The notes beneath the pieces are model-generated. The model saw nothing but the letters and a program-made list of their open reading frames with translations, had not been told where the DNA came from and did not search any database. Made by a program: the position numbers and the translations under genes. Shown here piece by piece: positions 49,069 through 58,504 of a stretch of 64,000 nt of DNA. How positions within the stretch are numbered: the first letter of the stretch is position 1; each line of letters opens with the position of its first letter. The stretch comes from Luminiphilus sp. GTDB taxonomy: Bacteria > Pseudomonadota > Gammaproteobacteria > Pseudomonadales > Halieaceae. The stretch is taken from assembly GCA_965658055.1 (NCBI GenBank), contig CBFHQV010000004.1, positions 609 through 64,608 of the forward strand. Reading direction: 5' to 3'.

Positions 49069-50511
49069 TTAGGGTGACGCGGCTCCGCCCCCTGCAGTGG
49101 GCGCGGGTGGTGGCACGAGTGCGCTGTTGAGCATCGCGACATCATCTGGTGACAGTGACCCTGCGTTTTCTTTCAGTCTCAACAGGCTGATGACGTAGTC
49201 ATAGCGGGCGTTTGCGTAGTCCCGCAAAGAGGTATAGAGCAAGTTTTGTGCATTGAGGACATCAACGATATTACGTGTACCTACCTCATACCCTGCCTCG
49301 GTAGCGTCTAGTGCGCTTTCCGCGGAGCGAATCGATTGTTTGCGCGCCTTGACGCGCGCTGAATTAGAGGCAACGGTCATGTGCAAAGAGCGTGCATTGG
49401 TAATCGTTGTTCTCTCGAGGTTAATACGCGACTCCATCGCCGCTACGTGTTGCTGAGCTGACTGGCGTCTTTGGGCGTGTAACCTGCCCCCTAGGAATAA
49501 GGGCATATCAACCCGCACCTGCCACACTTCCCGCTGATCGTCGGATTGGGGTTGAACGAGAAAGATAGGTGTGGGATCGGCGGTTCGTGTGCCCTCTGTC
49601 TCGGTATCTGAGTACTGATAGGACGCGGTAACGGTTGGGGCGTGCTGGGACGCACTGGCTTTGGCCGATTGGCGAGCGGATTCTTCGGCATACCGGGCCG
49701 CCGCAAGGTCGTAGTTATTATCGAGCGCCATCTTGACCCACTCAGCCCTGTCTGCAGGGGTTGGCGGGTTGGCCTCAAACTCCTCGCTCAGCAAGTACAA
49801 GGGGCCGTGATCCTGACCTGTCAGTATCGAGAGCCGCTCTTTGGCTACCGCTACATTGTTCTCTTCGACGATGCGCTGGACTTCGGCTAAATCCCTCGCC
49901 GCCTCCGACTCATAGACGTCGGTAATGGCAATCAGGCCCACTTCAAATCGCTGCTGGGTTTGCTCGAGTTGCCGGCTGAAGGCGCGTTCGGCAGCCTCAG
50001 CAGCGGCAAGATTGTCCTGGGCCCGCAAAACGCCGAGGTAGGCCTCGACCGTACGAACAATTAAATTTTGTGTCGCAGAAGCAAATTCGGCTTCTGCTTG
50101 CTTACTGAACTCCTGACCTGCGCGCAGGCTGTACCACGCACCGAGATCAAACAGGGGTTGGGCCAGCGCAAAATCCCACCCATCAGTTTTTACATCGGTT
50201 CTGTTATAGCCATCATCAATCGTGGGCTGTCCGGCGGGGGTGAACCCAACGATCTGCCGGCTTACCGATTCGGCGTCCGTCCCCGTGATGCCATATCCCG
50301 CCCGCACTTGCGGCAGTAGCGCGGACAACGCCACATTCTTATTCTCAACATTTGCAAGAAACTGCGCTTCCTGCGCTTTGAGCTGCGCATCATTTTCTAG
50401 CGCCAACTCATAGATATCCAGTAACGTCTCTGCGCTTACCGAGAGCGCAGAACAAGAAAACGTAAGGGCTGTTAGTGCGATTCCCCAGGGTTTAAGGTAC
50501 TTGCGGGGCAT
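49069..50511 (-). CDS. tolC: Outer membrane channel TolC
   Basis: The ATG at 50511 gives the signal peptide MPRKYLKPWGIALTALTFSCSALSVSAETLLDIYELA, a typical TolC mature N-terminus. Two OEP repeats follow. The position next to yqiB-cpdA-parE matches E. coli. Confidence 0.92.
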   Translation of the reverse strand: MPRKYLKPWGIALTALTFSCSALSVSAETLLDIYELALENDAQLKAQEAQFLANVENKNVALSALLPQVRAGYGITGTDAESVSRQIVGFTPAGQPTIDDGYNRTDVKTDGWDFALAQPLFDLGAWYSLRAGQEFSKQAEAEFASATQNLIVRTVEAYLGVLRAQDNLAAAEAAERAFSRQLEQTQQRFEVGLIAITDVYESEAARDLAEVQRIVEENNVAVAKERLSILTGQDHGPLYLLSEEFEANPPTPADRAEWVKMALDNNYDLAAARYAEESARQSAKASASQHAPTVTASYQYSDTETEGTRTADPTPIFLVQPQSDDQREVWQVRVDMPLFLGGRLHAQRRQSAQQHVAAMESRINLERTTITNARSLHMTVASNSARVKARKQSIRSAESALDATEAGYEVGTRNIVDVLNAQNLLYTSLRDYANARYDYVISLLRLKENAGSLSPDDVAMLNSALVPPPAPTAGGGAASP

Positions 50512-50646
50512 AGTGGGCTCCTTGGAACAGCGTGCAAAAAACCCGATAGAGTATACAGCCTGCACACCTGAAAATGCTCGTGATATTTTGGACTGCTAAG
50601 GGGCCTCGGTGTTGTTACACTCACAGGAGCATGGGGAGGAAAGACC

Positions 50647-51111
50647 ATGGCCTACTCGGCCAGTGACCTTGAGTCGCGATACAGCGTAAATCTGGGTGAT
50701 CTTCACAGTATCTGTGAGGCCAACTACTTGCGCCTGACGAAAGTCTTTCCCGGCTACGAAAATGTCAACCGGACGGAAGTGGTGTCAGGCGCACTCTCCG
50801 TAACAATCGACGTCGTTGAGCGCTGCCGTTACACCACGACGCTGAGACTGACGCAGCGTGGCCCTGCGGGCTTGCCAAGAGCGGGAATTCGCCTCGACGT
50901 CAGGCTCTATCACGACGCCAAAATGGCCGAGGTTGTCGCGCTACAACGACACAACCAGTTAAAAGGGCGATACGAGTATCCCAATCCCGCCATGTATCAG
51001 CGTGATGAGAAGCTTCAGCAGAACCGGTATGTCGCAGAGATACTCGCCATTATTTTAGCGTCGGGATATGTGCCCGAGCCGTCATCCCTATCTGTTATTG
51101 ATGACTTCTGA
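50647..51111 (+). CDS. DUF1249 family protein (YqiB-like)
   Basis: The 154 aa product sits immediately upstream of cpdA and parE, as yqiB does in E. coli. The N-terminal LHSICEANYLRL pattern fits the family as remembered. Confidence 0.7.
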   Translation: MAYSASDLESRYSVNLGDLHSICEANYLRLTKVFPGYENVNRTEVVSGALSVTIDVVERCRYTTTLRLTQRGPAGLPRAGIRLDVRLYHDAKMAEVVALQRHNQLKGRYEYPNPAMYQRDEKLQQNRYVAEILAIILASGYVPEPSSLSVIDDF

Positions 51112-51946
51112 CGCCGTGTCCCGCGACCCAGTAGCATTATCGATTGAAGGTGCTGTCCGCCTTCTGCAGATCTCCGACACTCACTTGGGTGCCGCAGACG
51201 GAGACGCATTACTGGGCATCAATACGGACCAGTCGTTACAGGCGGTGCTCTCCTTGGCGGCATCTGATGGGCGGTCAGCAGATCTGTTGCTGGTAACGGG
51301 TGACATTGCTGCGGATGGTGACGCAGCAGCCTATCAGCGGCTTGAGCATTATCTTGAGGGTTTCACTGCAGATGATGGCCCGCCTGCTTTCTGGCTGCCG
51401 GGTAATCACGACAGCTCCGATGTTTCGACTCGGTACCCGAGGCGATTTGTCAGGGCGATTGAGGCGGGGGCTTGGCACATTGTGATGTTGCACTCACAGC
51501 AGCCGGGCAAGGTTAGCGGTTTTCTGAGCGACGAGGAGCTCGCCATCCTCAACTCGGCGGTGGCGCGAGCCAATCGCGAAGCCAGGCATTTGCTGGTGGC
51601 GCTTCATCATCCGTTACAGCCTATCGGCTGTGATTGGCTGGATGAACAGCGGGTCGCGAACGCCGAACAGCTTTTATCAGCCGTAGCTGACTGTAACAAG
51701 TCAGTAGTAGTGGTGTCGGGCCATGTCCATCAGGCAACCGACCAGGTTTTTGACAAGGTTCGCCTGTTAACCGCGCCCTCAACCTGCGTACAGTTCGCGC
51801 CGAATCAGGTAGAGTTCAAAGTCGACCAGGTTGGACCGGGCTATCGTTGGTTAGAGCTGTTGCCAAATGGCGAGGTGTTAACGGATATTTGTCGAGTGGA
51901 CGCTCGATTGTTTCCCGCGAACACAGAACGACAGGGTTATCAGTAG
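51101..51946 (+). CDS. cpdA: 3',5'-cyclic-AMP phosphodiesterase
   Basis: Calcineurin-like metallophosphoesterase motifs are LLQISDTHLG, VTGDIAADG, LPGNHD, ALHHP and SGHVH. The ATG at 51101 is preferred and the track start is 51068. Confidence 0.85.
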   Translation: MTSDAVSRDPVALSIEGAVRLLQISDTHLGAADGDALLGINTDQSLQAVLSLAASDGRSADLLLVTGDIAADGDAAAYQRLEHYLEGFTADDGPPAFWLPGNHDSSDVSTRYPRRFVRAIEAGAWHIVMLHSQQPGKVSGFLSDEELAILNSAVARANREARHLLVALHHPLQPIGCDWLDEQRVANAEQLLSAVADCNKSVVVVSGHVHQATDQVFDKVRLLTAPSTCVQFAPNQVEFKVDQVGPGYRWLELLPNGEVLTDICRVDARLFPANTERQGYQ

Positions 51947-52082
51947 TCAGAACAACGACAGCTGTAGCGCTAAAGCAATAACGCAGTTGGCCAAACACGC
52001 GAAACCGCTGGGGAATCTTGGTCGTGCTGCGGGACATGGCAACAAAGTCACACATTATCGCTAGGGAGATTGGGCTTTATCC

Positions 52083-53972
52083 ATGAGCCAATATAACGCT
52101 GATGCAATTGAGGTATTGACCGGACTGGAGCCAGTGCGCAAGCGGCCTGGTATGTACACTGACACCACCCGGCCCAATCACCTCGCCCAGGAGGTTATTG
52201 ATAACTCGGTAGATGAAGCTCTCGGTGGTCATGCCGACAAGATTGACGTGACGCTCCATGGGGATGGTGCAATCAGCATCGTGGACAACGGGCGGGGCAT
52301 GCCGGTGGACATGCATCCGGTTCAGAATAAGCCGGGGGTTGAGGTTATTTTGTCGACCCTCCACGCGGGCGGCAAATTCTCCGATAAAAATTACCAGTTT
52401 AGCGGCGGCCTACACGGGGTCGGTGTTTCAGTGGTCAATGCCTTGTCAACGCGTCTCGAGGTCACGATCCGCCGAGAGGGTGAAGTGTATGAAATGGCTT
52501 TTGAGAACGGAGAGAAGGCTTCGGATCTGAAGGTGGTTGATACCTGTGGCAAGCGCAACACCGGAACCGGCATTCGTTTTATACCCGACCCGCAATATTT
52601 CGATTCCGCCAATTTCTCCCTGTCACGGCTTTCACACGTGCTACGGGCAAAGGCCGTACTCTGCCCCGGCCTAAGAGTCACCTTGCTCGATGAAAAGAAA
52701 AAAGAAAAGACCGAATGGTATTACGAGGACGGTATAGCTGATTATTTGGCCGACGCGACCATTGATTTTCCTGTCATTCCCGAAGCGCCCTTTACCTGCA
52801 ACTTTCAGGGGGAGACCGAGGCGGTGGACTGGGCAATTCAGTGGCTTCCCGAGGGCGGCGACTTGATCACCGAGTCCTATGTCAACCTGATTCCGACGGC
52901 TCAAGGGGGAACCCATGTCAATGGCCTCCGCTCGGGTTTGCTCGAGGCGATACGAGAATTCTGTGAGCTTCGAAGCTTGCTCCCTCGAGGGGTTAAATTG
53001 ACAGCAGAGGACATCTGGGATCGATGTGCTTATGTGTTGTCTTCGAAACTTCAGGATCCGCAGTTCTCGGGTCAAACCAAAGAGCGGCTCTCCTCGCGAG
53101 AGGCCGCGGGATTTGTGTCAGGGGTAGCTAAAGATGCTTTTGGCCTTTGGCTTAACCAGCACACAAGTGAAGCGGAGCTTTTGGCTGAGATGTGTATCAA
53201 CCGTGCTCAGGCCAGGCTGCGATCGGCGAAAAAAGTCGTGCGTAAAAAGGTCGCGTCGGGTCCCGCCTTGCCGGGTAAACTTGCCGACTGCACAACCGAG
53301 GACCCCGACCAGGGGGAGTTATTTTTGGTGGAGGGCGACTCCGCCGGCGGCTCCGCCAAGCAGGCTCGAAATCGTGAATTTCAGGCCATCCTTCCGTTGA
53401 GGGGCAAGATTTTAAACACCTGGGAGGTCGACTCGCAGGAGATATTGGCGTCGGCAGAAGTGCATAATATTTCAGTTGCACTCGGGATTGATCCCGGTAG
53501 CGATGACTTGTCTGGCCTGCGCTATAAAAAAGTCTGCATCCTTGCGGATGCAGACTCTGATGGCCTCCATATTGCCACCCTGATTTGCGCCTTGTTTTTG
53601 CGCCATTTTCGCCCCTTAGTCCGCGCCGGGCATGTGTTTGTTGCTATGCCACCGCTGTATCGCATCGACGTGGGCAAAGAAGTCTATTACGCGCTGGATG
53701 ACGCCGAGCGCAATGGTATTCTGGAGCGACTCGCTGCGGAAAATAAGCGAGCCAAGCCCAACGTACAGCGGTTTAAGGGATTGGGGGAGATGAATCCCTC
53801 TCAGCTCCGCGAGACGACGATGGACCCCGATACCCGCCGGTTAGTGCAGCTGGTGTTGGATGCCGATGACGATACCGATAGCATGTTCGACATGCTTTTA
53901 GCGAAAAAGCGGGCGGGAGACCGGAAAACATGGCTCGAGTCCAAGGGTAACTTGGCCGAGGTCGCGCTCTAG
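52083..53972 (+). CDS. parE: DNA topoisomerase IV subunit B
   Basis: The 629 aa product has a GHKL ATPase domain (LEPVRKRPGMYT, DNGRGMPVD, GGLHGVG) and a Toprim domain (ELFLVEGDSAGGSA, DADSDGLHI). Its length and the cpdA synteny favour ParE over GyrB. Confidence 0.96.
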   Translation: MSQYNADAIEVLTGLEPVRKRPGMYTDTTRPNHLAQEVIDNSVDEALGGHADKIDVTLHGDGAISIVDNGRGMPVDMHPVQNKPGVEVILSTLHAGGKFSDKNYQFSGGLHGVGVSVVNALSTRLEVTIRREGEVYEMAFENGEKASDLKVVDTCGKRNTGTGIRFIPDPQYFDSANFSLSRLSHVLRAKAVLCPGLRVTLLDEKKKEKTEWYYEDGIADYLADATIDFPVIPEAPFTCNFQGETEAVDWAIQWLPEGGDLITESYVNLIPTAQGGTHVNGLRSGLLEAIREFCELRSLLPRGVKLTAEDIWDRCAYVLSSKLQDPQFSGQTKERLSSREAAGFVSGVAKDAFGLWLNQHTSEAELLAEMCINRAQARLRSAKKVVRKKVASGPALPGKLADCTTEDPDQGELFLVEGDSAGGSAKQARNREFQAILPLRGKILNTWEVDSQEILASAEVHNISVALGIDPGSDDLSGLRYKKVCILADADSDGLHIATLICALFLRHFRPLVRAGHVFVAMPPLYRIDVGKEVYYALDDAERNGILERLAAENKRAKPNVQRFKGLGEMNPSQLRETTMDPDTRRLVQLVLDADDDTDSMFDMLLAKKRAGDRKTWLESKGNLAEVAL

Positions 53973-53991
53973 CAAAGCAATTGGAGGAAAC

Positions 53992-54573
53992 ATGAAGAGA
54001 TGTTGGCAAATCCTGGCGCTGTTACTGGCACCATTGGCGACTGTTTCGGTTGAAGCAGCTGAGTGGCAGACCTTGTCAACGTCGTCGGTGAGCTATGTCT
54101 CAATAAAAAATAATGTCGTCGCAGAAAATAATCGTTTTACCTCGGTGACCGGCAGCATTACGTCGAAAGGTGAGGCGACGTTGAGCATCGATTTGAGCTC
54201 GGTAGAAACTCAAGTAGACATTCGCAATCAGCGGATGCGTGAGGTTTTCTTTGAGGTCGACCAGTATCCAGAAGCGCGGATTACCGGGCAGCTATCGCCA
54301 CAGGATATGGCACAGATCGAGTCTGGTGCTCCGTTGGAAATCGATTTACCTCTCTCGCTTTCGCTGCATGGGGTCAGCGCTGATGTCATCGCAAAATTGC
54401 GAGCAGCCAAGGTGGGCCAGCGGCTTTGGGTAACAACCCGAGAGCCGGTGCTTATTTCCGCCGAGGACTTTGGGTTGGGCGCGGGTGTTACGGCACTGCA
54501 GGAGTTGGCTGGACTCTCCGCGATTGCGAGCACAGTGCCGGTGACTATCGATATCCGTTTTCAGGCAAAATAA
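53992..54573 (+). CDS. YceI family periplasmic protein
   Basis: The product has a signal peptide (ILALLLAPLATVSVEAA) and a YceI-like lipocalin pattern (FEVDQYPEARITG..., LSLHGVS). The RBS ggagga lies upstream. Confidence 0.82.
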   Translation: MKRCWQILALLLAPLATVSVEAAEWQTLSTSSVSYVSIKNNVVAENNRFTSVTGSITSKGEATLSIDLSSVETQVDIRNQRMREVFFEVDQYPEARITGQLSPQDMAQIESGAPLEIDLPLSLSLHGVSADVIAKLRAAKVGQRLWVTTREPVLISAEDFGLGAGVTALQELAGLSAIASTVPVTIDIRFQAK

Positions 54574-54578
54574 CGGCG

Positions 54579-56819
54579 CTAGCGCGAACTTAAGGTTCGA
54601 GAAAGCGCTTGCAGTTGCGCTTGGTAGCGGCCTTCTTCAGCGCGATTTCCCAGCTCGCCGTGGTAGCTAATCAGCGCGTACAGTAACTGGGGCTGACCCG
54701 GAAACTCGGTGTTAAGACGCTCCAGGAGTTGAACTGCCTCGGTCGGTGATCCGGTGTCATGGAGTGCTACGGCGTAGACGTATCGATGACGGGTTGATTC
54801 CGACTCCATTGCGGCAGCGCGAGCGAGCAGGGGCAGGGCTTGGTCCGTGTTGCCCTCACGAATTTCCAGTAGCCCCAGTGCATGAAGTAGTGTGCCCGGA
54901 TTCGGGATACTTTCGATACCGCGCGTGAGCAGCTCTTTTGCCTCTTTTTCTCGGTGGCTCGCTCTCAGTAAATCAGCGAGATTTATGTAGGCGGCTTCCA
55001 TCTGGTTATTGAGCACCAGCGCCTCGCGCAGGGCCTTCTCGGCCTGCGGGAAATCGCCTCGCAGTCGCCAGTAATTTCCCAGTTGAAGCTGCACCGACGG
55101 CATATCCAGATGCTGTGATTGAACCCGCTCATACTCTTCGAACAGGGGCGCCAGCCCCGCAATATCCTGTGGCCTTAGCTCCTCAACAGGCGTGTCGGCA
55201 AGCTGTTCTGCAACCGCCATCCTGACCGCCAGGACGGGATCGTCAATGAGAGCCCTCAGCATTAAATACCGCTGCTGGGACCCCAAGCGCGCTAATGCTC
55301 GTACCGCCGAGACTCGTATCAAGCTGTCTTTAGCACCCAAAAGGACGGCTACAGATTGGGCGAGATCGGGACTCCCAAGCTGACCAAACTGATTGAGTGC
55401 TGACGCTCGCAGGATGGCCGGTTCGCCCGTTTCTGCCATGATTTTTTTAAGGGAGGGAATGCTTCTCATATCTCCCCGCTGGCTGGTATGGAGTGCCATC
55501 GCCGGGTGATTGCGGAGTGAGGCGAACTTAACCCCCCAGTCGCGGACGCGATCTAGAGCCCATGTTTGTGCCTTGTCGGTATGGCACTGGGTGCACGCGC
55601 TGGGCGCGCCAAGCTGAAGAGACAGATCGGGCCTGGGGATGCGCATGCTGTGATCCCGTCGTGCATCCACACCCATATAGACCTGCTCAGGCATATGACA
55701 GTTCACACACTGCGCACCCGCTGAGTCCGCCGGGTGGTGGTGATGGGCCGTCGTATCAAACACTGTGGGTTGGTGACATTGCGCACACAGCGCGTTTCCT
55801 TCGGCGACCAGCTTGTTGCTATGGGGATTGTGGCAATTCGTGCACACCACGCCCGCCTGGTGCATTTTGCTCTGTATGAACGACCCATACACGTAGACCT
55901 CATCCCTTATCTGCCCATCGGCCCTGTAAAGCGGATTTTCGATCAGCGCAAGACGGTGGGTGTCTAGAAGGTCAGCACCATAGTGATAATCGCCAAGCGT
56001 GCTACGCCGGGCATGGCAGCGCGCGCAGTTGGTTATCTGATGGTTTGAGGTGCTTTGGGTGGCGGGGGTCGCTATTGCCGCACCCTCAGACCACGCCCAT
56101 GTCGTCGTGTTCTTGAGAGACATTTCAAAACCGGCAAGTGGCGCCGTTATTTTTCCCTGTTGGGCAAGCGACACATGTTGCCCTCCCGGTCCGTGGCAGG
56201 CCTCGCACCCAACATCGATCTGATCGAACTCAGTGCTGAAGGTTCGATCGGTGGCCGAGTAGTTCTTGCGTAGGTTGGTGCTGTGGCACTCGGCACAGCG
56301 GGTATTCCAGTTCTGATAGGGGCCGGTCCAGTGCAGCGGGTCCCCCGCTTCGACGACTTCATCCGGATAGAGATGGTACCAGCGCTGTCCGCCCTCGGAG
56401 GCTGGGCGGGCATCCCATGCTATTGTCAATGCTTGAAGGCGACCACCTGCGAGAGGTAGCAAGTACTGTTGTAAGGGATAAACCCCAAAGACGTAGGCGA
56501 CTTCGTAGCGCTCCAGCGCGCCTTTCTCGTTATCTGTGCTAATCCAGTATTTGCCGTCTTCACGATAAAAGGTCGATGTGATGTCACCATAGGTGAAAGT
56601 GGCATTATCAAAGTCACCAAGCACGGTCTTCTCGCTGACTTCTTGCATCGCAAGATCGTGATGGGAGCCCAGCCAGTCCGCGGTCTCTTGTTGGTGGCAA
56701 TCGACACAGGCTGTATTTCCCACGTAGGTGTTGTTTTCTTGGGCTACTGCAAGCGAAGAGATTATTAGAATCGGGACTGCCAATAACGACTTAAAAACAC
56801 ATGTAAGCACCGGGTGCAT
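54579..56819 (-). CDS. Octaheme c-type cytochrome fused to HEAT-like and TPR repeats
   Basis: A signal peptide starts at the ATG at 56819. There are eight CxxCH motifs: CVDCH, CAECH, CEACH, CARCH, CTNCH, CAQCH, CVNCH and CTQCH. The C-terminal roughly 300 aa are helical repeats, for example GNYWRLRGDFPQAEKALREAL. The track ORF extends to 56843. Confidence 0.85.
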   Translation of the reverse strand: MHPVLTCVFKSLLAVPILIISSLAVAQENNTYVGNTACVDCHQQETADWLGSHHDLAMQEVSEKTVLGDFDNATFTYGDITSTFYREDGKYWISTDNEKGALERYEVAYVFGVYPLQQYLLPLAGGRLQALTIAWDARPASEGGQRWYHLYPDEVVEAGDPLHWTGPYQNWNTRCAECHSTNLRKNYSATDRTFSTEFDQIDVGCEACHGPGGQHVSLAQQGKITAPLAGFEMSLKNTTTWAWSEGAAIATPATQSTSNHQITNCARCHARRSTLGDYHYGADLLDTHRLALIENPLYRADGQIRDEVYVYGSFIQSKMHQAGVVCTNCHNPHSNKLVAEGNALCAQCHQPTVFDTTAHHHHPADSAGAQCVNCHMPEQVYMGVDARRDHSMRIPRPDLSLQLGAPSACTQCHTDKAQTWALDRVRDWGVKFASLRNHPAMALHTSQRGDMRSIPSLKKIMAETGEPAILRASALNQFGQLGSPDLAQSVAVLLGAKDSLIRVSAVRALARLGSQQRYLMLRALIDDPVLAVRMAVAEQLADTPVEELRPQDIAGLAPLFEEYERVQSQHLDMPSVQLQLGNYWRLRGDFPQAEKALREALVLNNQMEAAYINLADLLRASHREKEAKELLTRGIESIPNPGTLLHALGLLEIREGNTDQALPLLARAAAMESESTRHRYVYAVALHDTGSPTEAVQLLERLNTEFPGQPQLLYALISYHGELGNRAEEGRYQAQLQALSRTLSSR

Positions 56820-57119
56820 AGAGTCATCCCAAATGTTGCGCACAGGTCTATTCTCAAAGGCAAGCGAGCTTGCTGCCAGATGAACCCGTTTGGTATTTGG
56901 CTGACTGCCGTCAGCACGGCAACCCTAAACAAGGGTTATGCCCGTCCGACAGTAGCACAATCAAGGAATGCTCGGCCAAAAGTCGTAGGTTTGCTTCTGG
57001 CGTAATGGGCCGTAAGCCGTCCTTGGTCAGACGTGTAAATCCGATCTCAATTGTCCCCAAACGGGTAGGTTACATTTCGCTGTGGGGGCGTAAAATAAAG
57101 CCATGACGCGGGGGCCTCT

Positions 57120-57833
57120 ATGAAAATTGGTATTTTAAAAACAGACACAGTGCGTCCCGAGTGGGTGGCGGAATTCGGTGAATACCCCGATATGTTTGAG
57201 CGTCTGTTGCTTTCCGAGGATCCCTCCCTCGAGTTTCAAACTTGGGATGTCGAGAGCGGGGAGCTACCCACTGATCTAGATGCGGCGGATGGATTTATCA
57301 TTACCGGCTCAAAAAGTAGCGCTTATGACGATAAAGAGTGGATTCGAGCCCTCGAAAATTTTATTCAGCGCATCCATGCGAGTCGTCGCAAGCTAATTGG
57401 CATTTGTTTTGGCCATCAAGTTATCGCTAAGGCACTTGGAGCCATCGTGGATAAATCCCCCAAGGGGTGGGGCTGTGGTATTCAGACGTATCAGCTCAAA
57501 GATGCTGAATTAGCTGCCGACGGGATTGGCGAGGACCTGCGGCTGATTGCCTCCCATCAAGATCAGGTCATAACTGTACCGGCAGGGGCGGTAATCATTG
57601 CCGCCAGCGATCATTGCAATATTGCGGGCTTCAGAATAGACGATCATATTCTTACATTTCAGGGGCACCCGGAATTTATCCCCGCCTATTCGCGAGAAAT
57701 TATGCATTTCCGAAGAGAGATGATTGGTGACTCCCGGGTCGCGACGGGCTTGGCATCCCTCGATTCAGAACAGCATCAGGGGGCCCGGGTGGCTCGCTGG
57801 ATGCTCGATTTTCTCTCGAGCAAACAGGATTAG
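57120..57833 (+). CDS. Class I glutamine amidotransferase family protein (GuaA-N-like)
   Basis: The nucleophile elbow reads GICFGHQ and the His-Glu pair is in FQGHPEF. The 237 aa product is a single domain. Confidence 0.85.
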   Translation: MKIGILKTDTVRPEWVAEFGEYPDMFERLLLSEDPSLEFQTWDVESGELPTDLDAADGFIITGSKSSAYDDKEWIRALENFIQRIHASRRKLIGICFGHQVIAKALGAIVDKSPKGWGCGIQTYQLKDAELAADGIGEDLRLIASHQDQVITVPAGAVIIAASDHCNIAGFRIDDHILTFQGHPEFIPAYSREIMHFRREMIGDSRVATGLASLDSEQHQGARVARWMLDFLSSKQD

Positions 57834-57855
57834 CGCCGCCTCTGAGCGGCCAGTG

Positions 57856-58296
57856 CTACCAAACTCCAGTATTTTCCATCGACGCCCAGGGCTCCTTGGG
57901 CTCTAGAGCCTGCCCGGCTTGCAGTAACTCAACGGAAATACCGTCGGGTGAACGGACAAACGCCATGCGTCCATCCCTTGGCGGCCGGTTGATGGTCACT
58001 CCCGCGTTCATCAGACGTTCGCAGAGGGCGTAAATATCGTCTACACGATAGGCGAGGTGGCCAAAGTTGCGACCTCCGTCGTACTCCTCGGGGTCCCAGT
58101 TGTGGGTAATTTCAACCAGCGGCGCCTGGTGTTCAGCAGCGCTCTCCAAATCCTTGGGTGCCGCCAAAAAAACCAGGGTGAAACGACCCTGTTCGCTGTC
58201 ATAGCGATTGACCTCAACCAGTCCCAGGTGGTCGCAAAAGAAGGAGAGGGTATCAGCCAGATTGGCCGCCCGAATCATGGTATGAAGAAACTGCAT
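57856..58296 (-). CDS. gloA: Lactoylglutathione lyase (glyoxalase I)
   Basis: The ATG at 58296 gives MQFLHTMIRAANLADTLSFF...VEITHNWD...FGHLAYRVDD...DPDGISVELL, collinear with E. coli GloA. The track ORF extends to 58353. Confidence 0.9.
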   Translation of the reverse strand: MQFLHTMIRAANLADTLSFFCDHLGLVEVNRYDSEQGRFTLVFLAAPKDLESAAEHQAPLVEITHNWDPEEYDGGRNFGHLAYRVDDIYALCERLMNAGVTINRPPRDGRMAFVRSPDGISVELLQAGQALEPKEPWASMENTGVW

Positions 58297-58504
58297 GGGT
58301 TCACTCCAATAGCGTATGGCGTCAGTGTACGTTTTTTTATCATCAGCTTCCAAAACTACCCGCTATCCGTTGGCGCAAGGTACACTTGCCTTCTCAGAAA
58401 AGCCCACCCATGAGTGGCGCTCCTGTAACGTCAGTGACCGAGTGTTGTGCAGATTCCCCGAGTGGCTGCCTAGCCTTCTAAAGCTTCAAACGAGTGTGAC
58501 TACT

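Noticed and set aside
56820-57119. A 300 bp non-coding gap upstream of the glutamine amidotransferase holds the short palindrome gcaagcGAgcttgc (about 56859-56872) and small track ORFs (56814-57005 and 56870-57106).
   Set aside because: The small ORFs overlap each other and have no RBS or motif support. The palindrome is only 6+6 nt. I recognised no tRNA, riboswitch or repeat structure, so this is most simply a divergent promoter region.
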